DNA from: Pyrodictiaceae archaeon
Lineage (GTDB): Archaea; Thermoproteota; Thermoprotei_A; Sulfolobales; Pyrodictiaceae
Direction of reading: 5' to 3'
Assembly (NCBI GenBank): GCA_027036135.1
Contig: JALVSY010000016.1
Coordinates: 448,001 to 512,000 of the forward strand
Length of the DNA: 64,000 nt
In this document: positions 1 through 11,600 of the stretch, piece after piece
How positions within the stretch are numbered: position 1 is the stretch's first letter
How the letters are laid out: each line of letters begins with the position of its first letter
Notes under the pieces: generated by a model
Told to the model about the DNA's origin: nothing
Databases searched by the model: none
The model's input: the letters and a program-made list of their open reading frames with translations, nothing else
Made by a program: the position numbers and the translations under genes

Positions 1-470
1 GCATAGGACTGGGCGGGAGAAGCAAGGGCTTCATACTAGGCTTCCTAGCAGGCTATGTTGCAGCACTGCTCCTAGTGATAAAGCCAAGCTACATAGAGAA
101 CAATATAGCCGTAATAGTGGCAGCTGTTGTAGCGGGGCTCCTCATAGCCCTGCTACGAGACACGTACACAAGACTAGGCCTGGTAGCGATACCCTCTCCC
201 TCTCTGATAGCAGCTATAGCTTCTCTCATAACGGTGTCCGAGAAGGCAAGCCTAGCAATCCTGCCACCACTATTCATTGTCGCTGCGGCAGCATACACTG
301 GGAACAAGCTACTCGTACTAGCAGCGCCACCCGCGTTCATTGCGCTGTACCACTTGCTTAGAACCAGGCTAGTTACGTCAAAGGAGTCTTCTCCGGGCCT
401 AGGCAGAGCTATTACCGGGGGAGACGATAACGAGTCCAGTGACGGCGAAAGCAGCGAGGCCCTAGCTTGA
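1..470 (+). CDS. Hydrophobic membrane protein, 5'-partial
   Basis: Frame is open from base 3 to TGA at 470; several hydrophobic segments; no family motif recognised. Confidence 0.6.
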   Translation, partial: IGLGGRSKGFILGFLAGYVAALLLVIKPSYIENNIAVIVAAVVAGLLIALLRDTYTRLGLVAIPSPSLIAAIASLITVSEKASLAILPPLFIVAAAAYTGNKLLVLAAPPAFIALYHLLRTRLVTSKESSPGLGRAITGGDDNESSDGESSEALA

Positions 471-1086
471 CTCAGATGGTTTCTCATCCCCCTCTATCTC
501 TATAACGTTCCCCATTATCTTGCTACTAGGCACTAATACCTTCTTGTCGCTGTCCATCAAGACAGTGTACATAACACCTATGTCCATCACTTTGCCCTTA
601 GCCTTGGCCCCGGTACATTAATCAAGTTCCCTATCGTGAACGGTCTCGAGATCGCGATAAAGAGCCCCGCGAGGCATTCCCCGAACCTACTGGGAAGCGA
701 AGCCAGCGTCCACGCCGAGGAAGCTTCCAAGAGCTATAGCAGCGGTAGTGTTCGCCTTGAACACGGACGCAGACGTTGTTACCAGCACGCCGTAACCTAT
801 TATCCTCGTTATAGTCCTTATTAGCCTAGAAGGCTGGGGCCAGTAGCTGCAAAGAATGCCTCAGCTGCTTTCCCCAGGTACTCAAAATGACTATGCCTAG
901 TCCCAGCACAATGCTAGCCTCAACGCATGCCTGGCTTCTTACCAAGAAGTTCTTCTCGGCGCTCGAGACATATGTTAGGAGAAACGAGGCCATAATTGTG
1001 ATCAGTATTGATGTAGCTATGTAGGGAGTGGCACGCTTAACGCCGTGCACACTTTTCTCAGCGCCCTCTATAACCTCGTTTAACAT
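462..1086 (-). pseudogene. mscS: Degraded small-conductance mechanosensitive channel (MscS family)
   Basis: Stitching minus-strand frames gives TM helices, then RLIRTITRIIGYGVLV...GSFLGVDAGFASQ* / LAGLFIAISRPFTIGNLI / KGKVMDIGVMYTVLMDSDKKVLVPSSKIM, the MscS core; needs about 3 frame changes. Confidence 0.75.
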
Positions 1087-1228
1087 CTTTTTGTGCCTCT
1101 ATTGCTTGTTTGCTAATTCTCTTTAACCTTCTAATCCGTGAGCTGGGGCTGGTACTTTAGCCTGTCCCTAGGGTTTCAGAGAGATTGAATACCTCTTTGC
1201 CTTGGACCCCTCGGGATGAAAACTGTTA

Positions 1229-1242
1229 TTAACACGTGTTAA
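1229..1242. promoter_or_regulatory. Perfect 14-bp palindrome TTAACACGTGTTAA, candidate operator
   Basis: Seen directly, 28 bp upstream of the nth ATG in a divergent intergenic region. Confidence 0.4.
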
Positions 1243-1270
1243 CGGGAGAGTTATTGACTAGAGGGGGTGC

Positions 1271-2020
1271 ATGGCGGTGAAGAGTATAGCAGAGAAGGCT
1301 AATGGCGAAGAGGTCTACAAGAGGCTCGAGCAGGGCCTCAACCCCGACTGGCGCGAATACGTCGTACTCGTAGCCGATAAGCTCGACGGCGACAAGCATC
1401 CATTCGCGGTCCTAGCAGCCATAATCCTTAGCCAGAACACGAGCGACAAGAACTCAATCAAGGCCTACTACCAGCTCAGGGAAGCAATCGGGGTCTCCCC
1501 AGAAGCTATCCTGGAAGCACCCCTAGACAAACTAGTAGAGGCCATAAGGCCAGCAGGGCTACCTAACCAGAAAGCTAGGAGCCTCAAGGAAGCAGCCAAG
1601 AGGATACTCGAGGCAGGAGGCGAGCACATACTCCTAGAGATGCCCTGGGAGAAGCTAAGAGAATTCCTCCTCACAATACCCGGCGTAGGCGAGAAGACAG
1701 CAGATGTCTTCCTCTCGGTCAAGAGGCGAGCCCCAGTATTCGCAGTCGACACCCATGCTATGAGGATAGCTAAGCGCTGGGGCCTCGTACCACCCAACGC
1801 CGGGTACCGAGAGGTTTCCCGTGCCCTCCTAGAGTTCTTCGGGCCAGAGAAGAGTGAGGAGGCTCATCGCCTCATAATAGCGCTTGGTAGGAGGTATTGT
1901 AGGGCTCGCAACCCCTTGTGCAACGAGTGCCCGCTAAGAGACATATGTCCAAAGATAGGGGTAAAAGAGGCAGAGCGGAAGAGACCAGCTATGCCTCGGC
2001 AGCTCTCCTCACGAGGCTAG
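1271..2020 (+). CDS. nth: Endonuclease III (HhH-GPD DNA glycosylase, 4Fe-4S)
   Basis: ILSQNTSD, HhH LLTIPGVGEKTA, VDTH, C-x6-C-x2-C-x5-C cluster motif. Confidence 0.95.
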   Translation: MAVKSIAEKANGEEVYKRLEQGLNPDWREYVVLVADKLDGDKHPFAVLAAIILSQNTSDKNSIKAYYQLREAIGVSPEAILEAPLDKLVEAIRPAGLPNQKARSLKEAAKRILEAGGEHILLEMPWEKLREFLLTIPGVGEKTADVFLSVKRRAPVFAVDTHAMRIAKRWGLVPPNAGYREVSRALLEFFGPEKSEEAHRLIIALGRRYCRARNPLCNECPLRDICPKIGVKEAERKRPAMPRQLSSRG

Positions 2021-3402
2021 CAACGATATAGGCTGTGGTGGAGACCGTTATCGTTATCGTGAAGCTCAGCATGAATACATCGAGGAGAAGCACTGGCGGC
2101 CTTACATGAGCGATGCTGGCCCCTACCCTGGCCACGGCTATCGCGAGAGCAGTCGCTGCACCGGCGAGCGCCGAGGCCCTTGCCGCTACGGGGTCGCGGT
2201 GCCCAAACACGGCTGCAAGCACTGGTACTAGTAGTGCTCCAGCGGTGAGACTCCACCCTGCTTTGAACACTCCCGTTAACGCGGTATAGATTGTCTTAGG
2301 GAGCGAGAGCACGGCTATGGCTGCTAGAGTCGCTGCAACAACTACCCCCGCACTAGCGAGCCGGAGCCTACCTGGGTCACGGCTACCAGCAGCATCGTAG
2401 ACGAGGGCACTAGCCGCGGTAAGTGCTACCGAGTCAGCAGTACTCATTGCCGCAGCTAAGACAGCTGCAGCGAGCACAGCCAGCCCTGGCTCACCAAGCA
2501 GCCTCGCCACTAGCGATGGCAATGCATCTATCGGCTTGCTTGGCGACGCCAATTGGTGCGCGGCTAGCCCTGCTAGGAAAGAACCAAGAGCAACAATAAA
2601 AGCGAAAAGTGTTGCCAGCCCCGTTGCCCTCCTAACAGCCCGTGTATTCGGAACAGTATAGAACCTGTTAAGCAGCTGCGGCAGCCCCCATACAGCGAGG
2701 CTCGTGAGCAACGCTAAGTCGATTATGAGCAGTGGGCTTGGCGGCTTAGCTGTTACAGCGTCTAGGCTAGCTGGCCCAGCCTTGCCCAGTGCTAGGAAGG
2801 CTACCACGCCGACTATGCTAGCCATTATCACTCCCTGGAGTACATCGGTGAGCACTACGCTATACATGCCGTCGAGAGCCACGTAGCCCGCGAGCACAGC
2901 AGCTATGATTGCAGCAGAGACCCCTAGCCCTATGTGCAGGGCGCTACTAAGCACCACTGCTACCCCGCCAGCCACTGTAACGAGGTATAGTAGTAGCCCG
3001 ATAGAGACCGTGATACCTAAGTAGTCTCTGAAGCCCCTTGTCGCCGTGAAGCCTCGCCACGAGCTCTGGTATAGTGAGTGCATCAAGCATCCTGCCCAGC
3101 TTGTTAACCCTCTCGCCAACAACGATGAATGCGAGTAGAGCCCCTATCGCTATGTTCGCTAACGGTATGACCAGGGACAATGGGCCCCAGGCATACGCCC
3201 ACGAGCTACCAACAATCATCACTACGCTAGAGAAATACGTAGCGCCGAAGGTGAATGCGAGCATCCAGTCCCTCATAGACCGGTGGGCTACCAGGAAGCC
3301 CTTGAGCGACGCAGCCTTGTCCTTGACAGCAACGCCTATAGCGAGGCTAGCAGCTAGGTATGCAGCAACCACACTACTAGTATCCAACGGAAGCGGCGGC
3401 AT
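1989..3402 (-). pseudogene. Sodium:solute symporter (SSS family), split by a frameshift near 3018
   Basis: N-part (FLVAHRSM, ATYFSS, ALTIPE) in ORF 2947-3402; C-part (SVVLTDVLQG, GLPQLLNRFY, AAAMSTADS) in ORF 1989-3122. Confidence 0.85.
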
Positions 3403-3408
3403 AGGGTC

Positions 3409-3495
3409 TCAATCCTCCTCTTCAACTGGTAAGAGGCTGTAAACGAACCCAGCGACAACAAGTAGTAAGCCGAGAACAATCGCAGCGATGACCAT
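3409..3495 (-). CDS. 28-aa single-TM peptide, likely symporter small accessory subunit
   Basis: MVIAAIVLGLLLVVAGFVYSLLPVEEED*; GGAGGTGA SD upstream; fills the gap between paaK and the SSS gene; below the ORF-track cutoff. Confidence 0.65.
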   Translation of the reverse strand: MVIAAIVLGLLLVVAGFVYSLLPVEEED

Positions 3496-3502
3496 TCCTT
3501 GC

Positions 3503-4823
3503 TCACCTCCTCTTATCAATAACCCTCTTGGCCTTTCCTCCCTCTCCGCGCGGAAGCTCGCCAGGCTCGACAATAATTACTCGTGGATTCACAATGATTG
3601 ACTCCCTTAGCCTCTCTTGTAGCCTCCTAGCTAGCTCTCTCTTCTCCTCATCGCTTAGCTTCTTAGCAGCCTCTACCACTACGGCGAGCTTGTCCATGGA
3701 GTCCTCTCGCTCAACTATTACCTGGTAATAGGGGGCAGCTAGTGGCTCCGATAACACAATCATCTCTATGGTCTGCGGGAACACGTTAACACCATTAATT
3801 ATCAACATGTCGTCTGCCCTTCCCTTTATCCTGGCAATCCTCTTCATGGTTCTCCCACAGTCACAGCTCCTTGCATCAAGGATGAACGTTAAGTCATTAG
3901 TCCAGTACCTTATCAGCGGCATAGCATCATGGGTTAGTGGCGTGACAACCAGGACACCTTCCTCCTCCGGCTCGAGTGGCTCCCCGGTCTTTGGGATCAA
4001 CTACCTCGACTAAGTAGTGGTCCTCCCATACATGGAGCCCGTCGTGAAAATGGCAGTCAACAGCTGTGCCCGGTCCATAGAGCTCACTCATACCATACAC
4101 ATCATAGCTATCCATGTCCCACAGCCTGTTAATCCTCCTTCTCATCTCCTCGCTCCACATCTCTGCCCCGAAGAACCCGAGCCTAACCCCGGTATCATGG
4201 GCAGGATCAACACCCATCTCCAGCGCGGTCTCCGCAAGCCTTATCGCATAATTAGGCACAGCGGCGAGAGCCGTGGCGCCTAGGTCACGTATCATCTGTA
4301 CATGGCGCCTCGTGTACCCAGGACCAGCAGGCACTATCGTAGCTCCTAGGCGCATTGCTCCATAATGGAATCCTAGGCCACCAGTAAACCAGTGATAATT
4401 GAGTGTAGAGTACAATACATCCCCGCGAGCAAGACCACCAGCGGCGAAGGTGCGGGCCATGAGCTCTGCCCAGTTCTCTAGATCTCTTCTCGTATAGGCA
4501 ACAACAGTGGGTCTACCAGTCGTGCCACTACTCGCATGAACCTCTAGTACCTCGCTAAGTGGGACAGCTAGTAAGCCAAAGGGGTACTCTCTGCGTAGAT
4601 CATCCTTGAAGGTGAAGGGGAGCCTCCTTATATCCTCTAGGCTCTTGATATCCTCGGGGCTTATCCCTGCCTCCTTCATCCTCTTCCTATAGAGCGGCAC
4701 ATACTCGTATGCGCGCTTTACGGTTAGCCTTAGCCTCTCTAGCTGTATCTTCTCTATCTCTTCGCGCGAGGCAGACTCTATACTAGGCTGTAACATGTAG
4801 GGCTTCACAAGCATAATTACCAC
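3503..4823 (-). pseudogene. paaK: Phenylacetate-CoA ligase family, split by a +1 frameshift at about 3990
   Basis: HASSGTTGRP, YGMSE, RYWTND, GRADDMLIINGVNVFP; removing one A from CCCAAAGACC restores EVVDPKTGEPL. Confidence 0.9.
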
Positions 4824-5179
4824 CTAGAACACGTAGTGCTTATAGAATTGGCGCAGCAAGGACCTTGGCGAGAATATGCTCTACTAGTCTCTTCTCTACA
4901 AAAACACGGTAGATACAGTCCTACATTAGGTATTGATATTGGTGCAAGGGACTCACCCCATTTATCGCCATTGGGGCATCGGAGCCACCTCCCTCACATA
5001 GCGACATAGGGGTATAGAGTATGGGGTGTACTAGTCAAAGGCTGGTCTACATGCTCACCCTAGCCGGGTATTTAAGGCTTACCCAGGTAACCGATACAGA
5101 AACCGTCACGTGTTTTTAGACGCGTGGCACTACTCCTTATCTGGGAATGTGCCCTCCAGCCAAGAGGTAGGGGAGATGC

Positions 5180-5554
5180 TTGGAGCCGAGACTCTATCCC
5201 AACGAGTGCGTAAAGAGGGTAGTAGCGTTCGTGCCTAAGGGGCATCTCCATGCACGCTTCATTATAGAGCTATGTGACCAGACCCTAGTGCTCCACGAAG
5301 CGGCTGTCGCGGGGCTTGTACGAGCATTTGCCTCGGTAGCGCTACACCCAACCAGGGTAGCGGTAGAACTCGTGTCGAAGAGGCTCTCTAAGGACGAGAA
5401 GAAACCAGTGTTTGCTGAGTGGCAGCTAATAGACACGGGGAGAGACGAGGAGGCTGTCCAGGAGGAAGCAGAGAGAATCTGGGCCAACGCCTCTATACCA
5501 GGGTGCTGCACCAAGAACCGAGGCGAGGAGAGACAGTCTGCGACGAGGCCCTAA
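5180..5554 (+). CDS. Hypothetical protein
   Basis: TTG start behind a G-rich SD; globular composition; no motif recognised. Confidence 0.7.
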   Translation: MEPRLYPNECVKRVVAFVPKGHLHARFIIELCDQTLVLHEAAVAGLVRAFASVALHPTRVAVELVSKRLSKDEKKPVFAEWQLIDTGRDEEAVQEEAERIWANASIPGCCTKNRGEERQSATRP

Positions 5555-5994
5555 TGTACAGTTTCTTGCTCACTGCATAGCTTTAGCGAGTAGAGCTTCC
5601 TATTACCATGATCCTCGCTAACAACTACCCCTCTTTCCTCGAGTAGATGAAGCTTTTCACGCACTATTCGGCGAGAAGCACTACCCCTCAACTCCCTCAC
5701 GAGCCGAGTTATTTCGCTAATACTCCTAGGCCTGCAATCAGCCAAGACCTCGACAATAGCTCTTGAGATAGGATCGTTCACAAATCGATAAGCTTCAACA
5801 ACGCGCCTAGCAGCCTCCACAGCCCTCATGGCTGGCATAGAGAACGCGATAGCAAGCCTAGAAGCAACCAACGCCTCCTCGCTCATAGAGCCCAGCAACT
5901 CCTCCAGGCGCTCGAGCCTCTGAAGAGTCTCAGCCAATAATTCCTCAAGCCTTCTCAGCCTCTCCTCAATGCTGGACAAGGAGCCAGCCTCCAT
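5551..5994 (-). CDS. Transcriptional regulator: N-terminal coiled coil plus ArsR-like winged helix
   Basis: SISEITRLVRELRGSASRRIVREKLHLLEERGVV...RKLYSL. Confidence 0.8.
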   Translation of the reverse strand: MEAGSLSSIEERLRRLEELLAETLQRLERLEELLGSMSEEALVASRLAIAFSMPAMRAVEAARRVVEAYRFVNDPISRAIVEVLADCRPRSISEITRLVRELRGSASRRIVREKLHLLEERGVVVSEDHGNRKLYSLKLCSEQETVH

Positions 5995-6065
5995 GGCTTC
6001 CTCAAAGAAAGTTTATTAATATTAATTAAATAAGTTATGCATAAAATAGATAGGATTATGGGAGC

Positions 6066-6539
6066 TTATTGCTCCTCGCTATCCCCCTTCTTTCCTTCCT
6101 CTTCGCCCTCTATACTTATCTCGTAGCCTTCGCCCTTTTCCTTCTTCTCTAGCCGTACTATCTTCGGCTTACCCTCGGTCTTTGCAATGATTACTGGTGG
6201 AGGGGCTCCGCCAGCTATGGTACCTCCACTTATGGATTTTTGGAGCATCTCTATGAAGCTCGAGACTTTCGGGATGGCCTCTAGCTTTGCCTCGAGGAAC
6301 CTCTGCGTAAGCTCGTAGGCCTTGTCGGGCGGCATACCGCTCTCTACAAGGCTCTTGTACATCTGCGCGATTTCCCTACCGAGTTTCTCTCCATCAAAGC
6401 TCTTGCTCAGTGTATCAAGGAACTCTTTTACCAGGTCCTTTATCTGGTACATGAACTCCGCAACGGTTCCGAGCACTTGTCTCAGCTCCTCAACGTCCTC
6501 TGAGTCCTTGGGCTGCGTGGGCTTCTTTTCCTCGGACAC
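6066..6539 (-). CDS. Conserved-looking hypothetical protein (GMP helix-hairpin motif)
   Basis: GTG start after GAGGTGA; YKSLVESGMPPDKAYELTQRF. Confidence 0.75.
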   Translation of the reverse strand: MSEEKKPTQPKDSEDVEELRQVLGTVAEFMYQIKDLVKEFLDTLSKSFDGEKLGREIAQMYKSLVESGMPPDKAYELTQRFLEAKLEAIPKVSSFIEMLQKSISGGTIAGGAPPPVIIAKTEGKPKIVRLEKKEKGEGYEISIEGEEEGKKGDSEEQ

Positions 6540-6599
6540 GTGGACTTCACCTCTTTCTCGTTCTCCGTCAAGTATCTAGTAGGGCCTTGTTCACCCTAG

Positions 6600-6908
6600 T
6601 CAATTCTCCGTCTTCAGAGTGGCCAGTGAGTGGCCTCTCCGAGCCTCGAGCCCGAGGAGGTTGAGGAGCCCAGGGATTCTCGGGCGCTGCTTCTCCAAGA
6701 AAGCCGAGTAGATCGAGGCCAGGGCTTCGCGGTACTCTCTAGGCATCCCTGTCCGAGCTAGTTGCGAGGAGAATGCTCTTCTCCATCTCCAGTACCTTAA
6801 CCGGAAACGTAGCGCGGTGAGCCGGAGAGAAACGTAGAGCGCTAGGGCTCCGAGGAGTAGCTTGGTTGAGGCCCATAGTATTGCTAGTAGCCTTGTCCTC
6901 CGAGCCAA
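6600..6908 (-). CDS. Hypothetical protein with an N-terminal hydrophobic helix (GMP helix-hairpin motif)
   Basis: FSSQLARTGMPREYREALASIY; co-oriented with the two downstream genes. Confidence 0.7.
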   Translation of the reverse strand: MARRTRLLAILWASTKLLLGALALYVSLRLTALRFRLRYWRWRRAFSSQLARTGMPREYREALASIYSAFLEKQRPRIPGLLNLLGLEARRGHSLATLKTEN

Positions 6909-6965
6909 AGCTATTACTCCGCGTAAACAGTGCTCCTCGGTACTCTATAGTAGTTATTCCTCGTT

Positions 6966-8378
6966 CTACGCTGGGCCCGTTTCTTTATGCTCCTCTATTA
7001 TTGGCCTTGTCCACGAGCCATATAGGAGCCATAGTAGCGCTGCTAGCCCTGTCACGTAGTTACTTATAGCCATGCCGAGCCATAGACCCTTCTCCCCCAT
7101 CCCCATCTTATATGCTAGTAGCCATGATAGGGGTACCCTCATTCCCCAGAGCCTTGTAGCGCCGAGGGCTGATACGAAGAATGTCCTACCACTGCTCCTC
7201 GCAACAGTGTTTGCCAACATGAATAACGTGAAGCCAAGGGTGCTCGGAGCAAATATGTGGAGCATATCAACAGTTATCCTCACAACGTCTGGATCATGGC
7301 TAAATATAGTTGCGAATGGTTTCGCATAGATCATTATTACTATTATGAACTCTGTGACTGCTAGGAGGAGTGTCGTGAGCCCTGTCCAGAGAGCCTTCCT
7401 CGCTCTCTCTATCATTCTTGCTCCAAGTGCCTGTGCTACGACGATGCCTGTTGCTCTCCCGAAGGGCATCGATATTATGCGGTCAAAGCCTATGACCACT
7501 TGGCCTATAGAGTATGCTGCTAGGACATCGGTGCCTAGCCCAGATACTATGCCAGCCATAGTCATGAAGCCAAGGGTTATTGCTAGTCTCTGCCCTATCT
7601 GTGGAAGCGAGACATGCATGGCTAGGCGCACATAGGTTCTCCGGGGCGCCAGGTCCGTTAGGGAGAGCTTCACGCCGTGCCTACCATGGGCAAAGCTGTG
7701 TATTGCATAGCTAGCAGAGAATATCCTAGCGAAGAGCGTTGCTAGTGCTGCCCCGAGTATCCCTAGACGTGGTAGCCCGAGGAGGCCGAATATCAGCACG
7801 GGGTCTAGGACCATGTTTATCAGCGTAGCAGCTATACCTACCTTCATCGGGGTCCTTGTGTCACCTACCGCGCTCATGGTCATTGTGAAGAATAGATATA
7901 TCGCGGCAAACGGTATACCGGTAGCAAGCACTGTTAGATAAATATACGCTAGTGGCCTAACATCGCTGGGCACGTGTATAGCCGATAAATAAGTATTAGC
8001 TGTAGCTATAATGACTAGTGCTCCTGGTATCGTTATGGCGAGCATTAATCCGAGAACAGTGCCCGCAGCCTCTCGCGCCTCCCGGTACCTCGCGGCCCCG
8101 ATGTATTGGCCCACTAGTGCAGAGACGCTGCTAGCGAGCCCAAATGATACACCGAATAATATGTCGGGATAGGGCCAGGACACTATAGGTGCTCCGAGAG
8201 CGGCTTTGCCGAGCCTAGAAAGCCAGAAGGTATCAACTATCTCATAGATAGTATTGATGCCCATGGAGAGCATGAGTGGCGCAGCGAGCCACAATATGAG
8301 CTTGAATATGTTGGGCTCGGTGAGTACCTTCTCGCGTAGACTCTTAATCCTGGCACCCATGTCGCCGCTATGCGACAA
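6966..8378 (-). CDS. MATE family efflux transporter
   Basis: About 12 TMs; IVDTFWLSRLG, GQYIGA, GDTRTPM, NMVLDPVLIFG...LGILGAALAT. Confidence 0.93.
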   Translation of the reverse strand: MSHSGDMGARIKSLREKVLTEPNIFKLILWLAAPLMLSMGINTIYEIVDTFWLSRLGKAALGAPIVSWPYPDILFGVSFGLASSVSALVGQYIGAARYREAREAAGTVLGLMLAITIPGALVIIATANTYLSAIHVPSDVRPLAYIYLTVLATGIPFAAIYLFFTMTMSAVGDTRTPMKVGIAATLINMVLDPVLIFGLLGLPRLGILGAALATLFARIFSASYAIHSFAHGRHGVKLSLTDLAPRRTYVRLAMHVSLPQIGQRLAITLGFMTMAGIVSGLGTDVLAAYSIGQVVIGFDRIISMPFGRATGIVVAQALGARMIERARKALWTGLTTLLLAVTEFIIVIMIYAKPFATIFSHDPDVVRITVDMLHIFAPSTLGFTLFMLANTVARSSGRTFFVSALGATRLWGMRVPLSWLLAYKMGMGEKGLWLGMAISNYVTGLAALLWLLYGSWTRPIIEEHKETGPA

Positions 8379-8620
8379 TTCCCTGCTCCACCACTATCAA
8401 TTATTGCTTCAACGGCTCATCGCCTAGACAGTGCAGGCCTCTACGAGGTGCTGTAGAGGATTTGGTGATGTAAGAAGCCTCCAGTCAGCATAGGGACAGA
8501 CAAGGCCTATATATGCAGAGCCAAGAACAGTACCCAGCGTAGTCCTAGACGCGCAAAATGCGCGGCAAAGACGAGGAGGACTACAAAAAGAGTTGCATTA
8601 TTTACCAGGTAGGGGGGAGG

Positions 8621-11600
8621 CTATATCCTTGGCTCTAGTACTCCCTTCTCTATTAACCGTATCAGTACCCGCCTCGCCTCATCAGCCTCGAGGCCCAGTC
8701 TCTCGGCGACAAGTTGCACTGCTTCACGGAATAGGAGCTCTCCTCTACGCCTCCTCTCCCTCACTATTTCCTGGTAGGCCTTCAGCTCCTCGGCTCCGAG
8801 TACCCTGGCTTCCTCGATCAGCCTCCGCAAAGTCTCTAGGTGGGATCTCATCGCCTTTATCGTTGCGAACACGTCACCCCTCTTCTCGGGCCGTGGCGGC
8901 TCCCGGCCTATCGCGCGCAGGGCCTCCTCGAGCGCGGCTGCCTCAGCCTCGAGGCTAGCTAGTACCCGCTTAGCCTCAGCCTCTGCCTCCCGGAGCACAC
9001 GTTGGCCGCGGTCAAGACTGTCCCGTAGTATTGTGCGAGCGCTCTCCACGAGGCTCCTGGCAGCGCGGACGGCCTCGAGCACATCACTGCTATGCATCCG
9101 TAGCGTCTCCAGCGCCTTGTTCTTCATAGCCTCTGCCTGGCCCAGTGCAGAGTCCAGGTCGCTTAGGGCCTCTCCCAGCATAGCTGCCTGGGCAAGCGCA
9201 GCCTCCTTCGCCTCCTCGTATGCACGGGCAAGTGCCTTGTACCAGCTCCTCGCAGCCACAAGGCTCTCCTCAAGCCCAGCAAGCTCCTCTAGGAGGCGCG
9301 TTACTTGCTCATCTAGTTCTACAAGTGGGCGCCTAGCCTCCTCGAGGCTCCTCCGCAGCGCCTTGACGAGCTCCTCTAGCTCCTCTACGCTTAGCTCCTC
9401 TGCGCCCTTGGCCTCGAAGCCTGGGAGCGCTAGTTTCTCGGGAGGTATCTTGACTCCTAGCTTGCCTAGTTTCTCCGAGAGTTTCTCTGCTAATCTACGC
9501 GTCTCTGCAGTATCCTCGAGTATTCTCCTCACAGACTCCAGTATGGCCTCGAGCCTTGCTAGGAGCTGCTCTATGCGGGGCTCCAGCCTAGGCCCGGTCT
9601 CAGCCAGCTGTACTATTCCCAGTTCTTCCAGCCTCTTGTAGAGAAGGTATAGCTTATAGTTGTAGTGAATCACGGGGCCGAGCCCATTAACATAGAATGG
9701 TGTATAGCGCCCGGGGTCCCGTGGATGCTTCTTCTTGGCCTCGTCCCATATCCTAGCAATGTTCTTCTCTAGCTCCTCCTCGCTGAGGTGCAGCCTCTCT
9801 ATCTCCTCGAAGACGCTTAGCGCGCCCTTGAGTCTCTCAATGACCGGTGTCCTAACCCTAACTCGTTTCCCGAGTAGGGTCTCTAGCTGCGAGCTAAGAG
9901 CCTCTACGAGCTCCCCCGCCCTCCTAGTGGTGTTCTCTATCTCTGCCCGTAGCCTCCTAGCATCCTCGGCTGCTCTAGCCACGTGGGCTGAGAGAACCTC
10001 GTCCCTCACGTAGGTAGCTGTATCGTATACTAGGCGTGCGAGCCGGAGGCTCATTAAGCGGTTCCCAGCCCTCAGCGCCTCCACCGCTGTATCGAGTAGC
10101 GCTCTCATCTTCTTCGTGAACTCCTCTAGGCTACCAGCTCGATAATCCCTAGCCTTAGCCGAGACCACTAGCCCCCATGTAGCCGCTACTGGGTTCTTCT
10201 CTATCTCCTCGATTACCTGTCTGGCCTCCTCTACTAGTCTCCAAGCATCCTCGTCGCTATCCGTCAGCCTTAGCCTCGCTCTCTCTGCGTCAACACGCCT
10301 ACTAGACCCAGAGGCCGTGACCACTAATCCCCTATAGAGGAGGCTCTGGAGAATCATCCGCCGGGTACCAGGGTTACGGGCAGCCATTACTAGGTGGTCC
10401 CATATCTGCGAGGCCTGTACCTCGCGGTTTCTTGCATCGAGTTGCTCTAGTACACGTATGACGGCTTTCTCGAAGGGGCTCAGCACGTCTATGTATACGC
10501 TCCCGTTCCTCTTCTCGAGGAACCCGTTCGCCGCCAAGAGCGTCATGTACCTCTCGAGGGTTGTGTACTCGTTGCGATCAATATCGGGGCTGAGTAGGCC
10601 TCTCCCCTCGCCGCCTTGTCCACGATAGAGGTGGTATCTCATAACGTACTCGTAGGCAGCGTTAAGGGCCTCCTGTACAGTGGCCCTAGTACTCGGGGCT
10701 ACTAGGAAGTAGCGTAGCGCTCCACTAAGCTCAGTGGGGCGCTCAACATCGTAGCCCAGTGCTGGGTCGCGGATGATTATTGGTGTATTGTCCACGCCTT
10801 CCTCGAGGCCCCTTATGAGTCTCTCCTTTATCCTTAGCTCCTCGCCTAGTTCTCTCAAGAGATTAGTTAGGCGTAGCGGGTCTAGGCCAGCTGCCTCGGC
10901 CTCTCCGGGTTCTCTCACTACTCGGTCTATGTTCCTGAGGGCCTCCTCTACTCCTCCATAGGCATCGCTCATTCTTATCCCGAGTGCCTGTAGCCTTACA
11001 CGGGTCATCATGGAGTCTATCGGGGCTCTCACTATTTTTACGAAGAATTTTGCCTCAAGGGCCTCTAGTATCCTCTCAGCCTGCGGCTCAACACCACCGT
11101 GGTAGACTAGGAGTATTGCATGGGGCCTCCAGTTAGTCATGAGGGCTGTTAGTAGCTGGCTCTCAAGCCTCTTAGCCTCAGCGCTCGTTACCTGGCCCGG
11201 TACCGTGTAGAGCATTAGCCTCGCCGTGGCGTCACCGAGGAGCCTAAGAGTTACACGGGCTACTCCATCGCCCTGTACAGCTGGCTCAGCGGCAAGCATG
11301 CCCTCGCTCGCTAGTAGCGCTGCTATGCCTAGGAGGAGGTGCTGCTTACCTGCCTCGGTGTAGACTCTGCGAATAATCCTTAGCCTCTCGACGCGATCAG
11401 CTATGAAGTCCAGGTAGTGTAGCTCAGGGCTCACGTAGAGTACTCGCTGCATCTTGGGAGAGAGGAGTAGTGTGTGCTCGCCGCGCATAGGGAGTAGTTT
11501 CGAGAACAAGCCCTCCCACAGTATACCAGCTAGTCTCTCGGCCTCGGAGCGGCTAAGCTCGATCGGCGCTGCATCCGCTACTAGTAGGACGGCATCCTCC

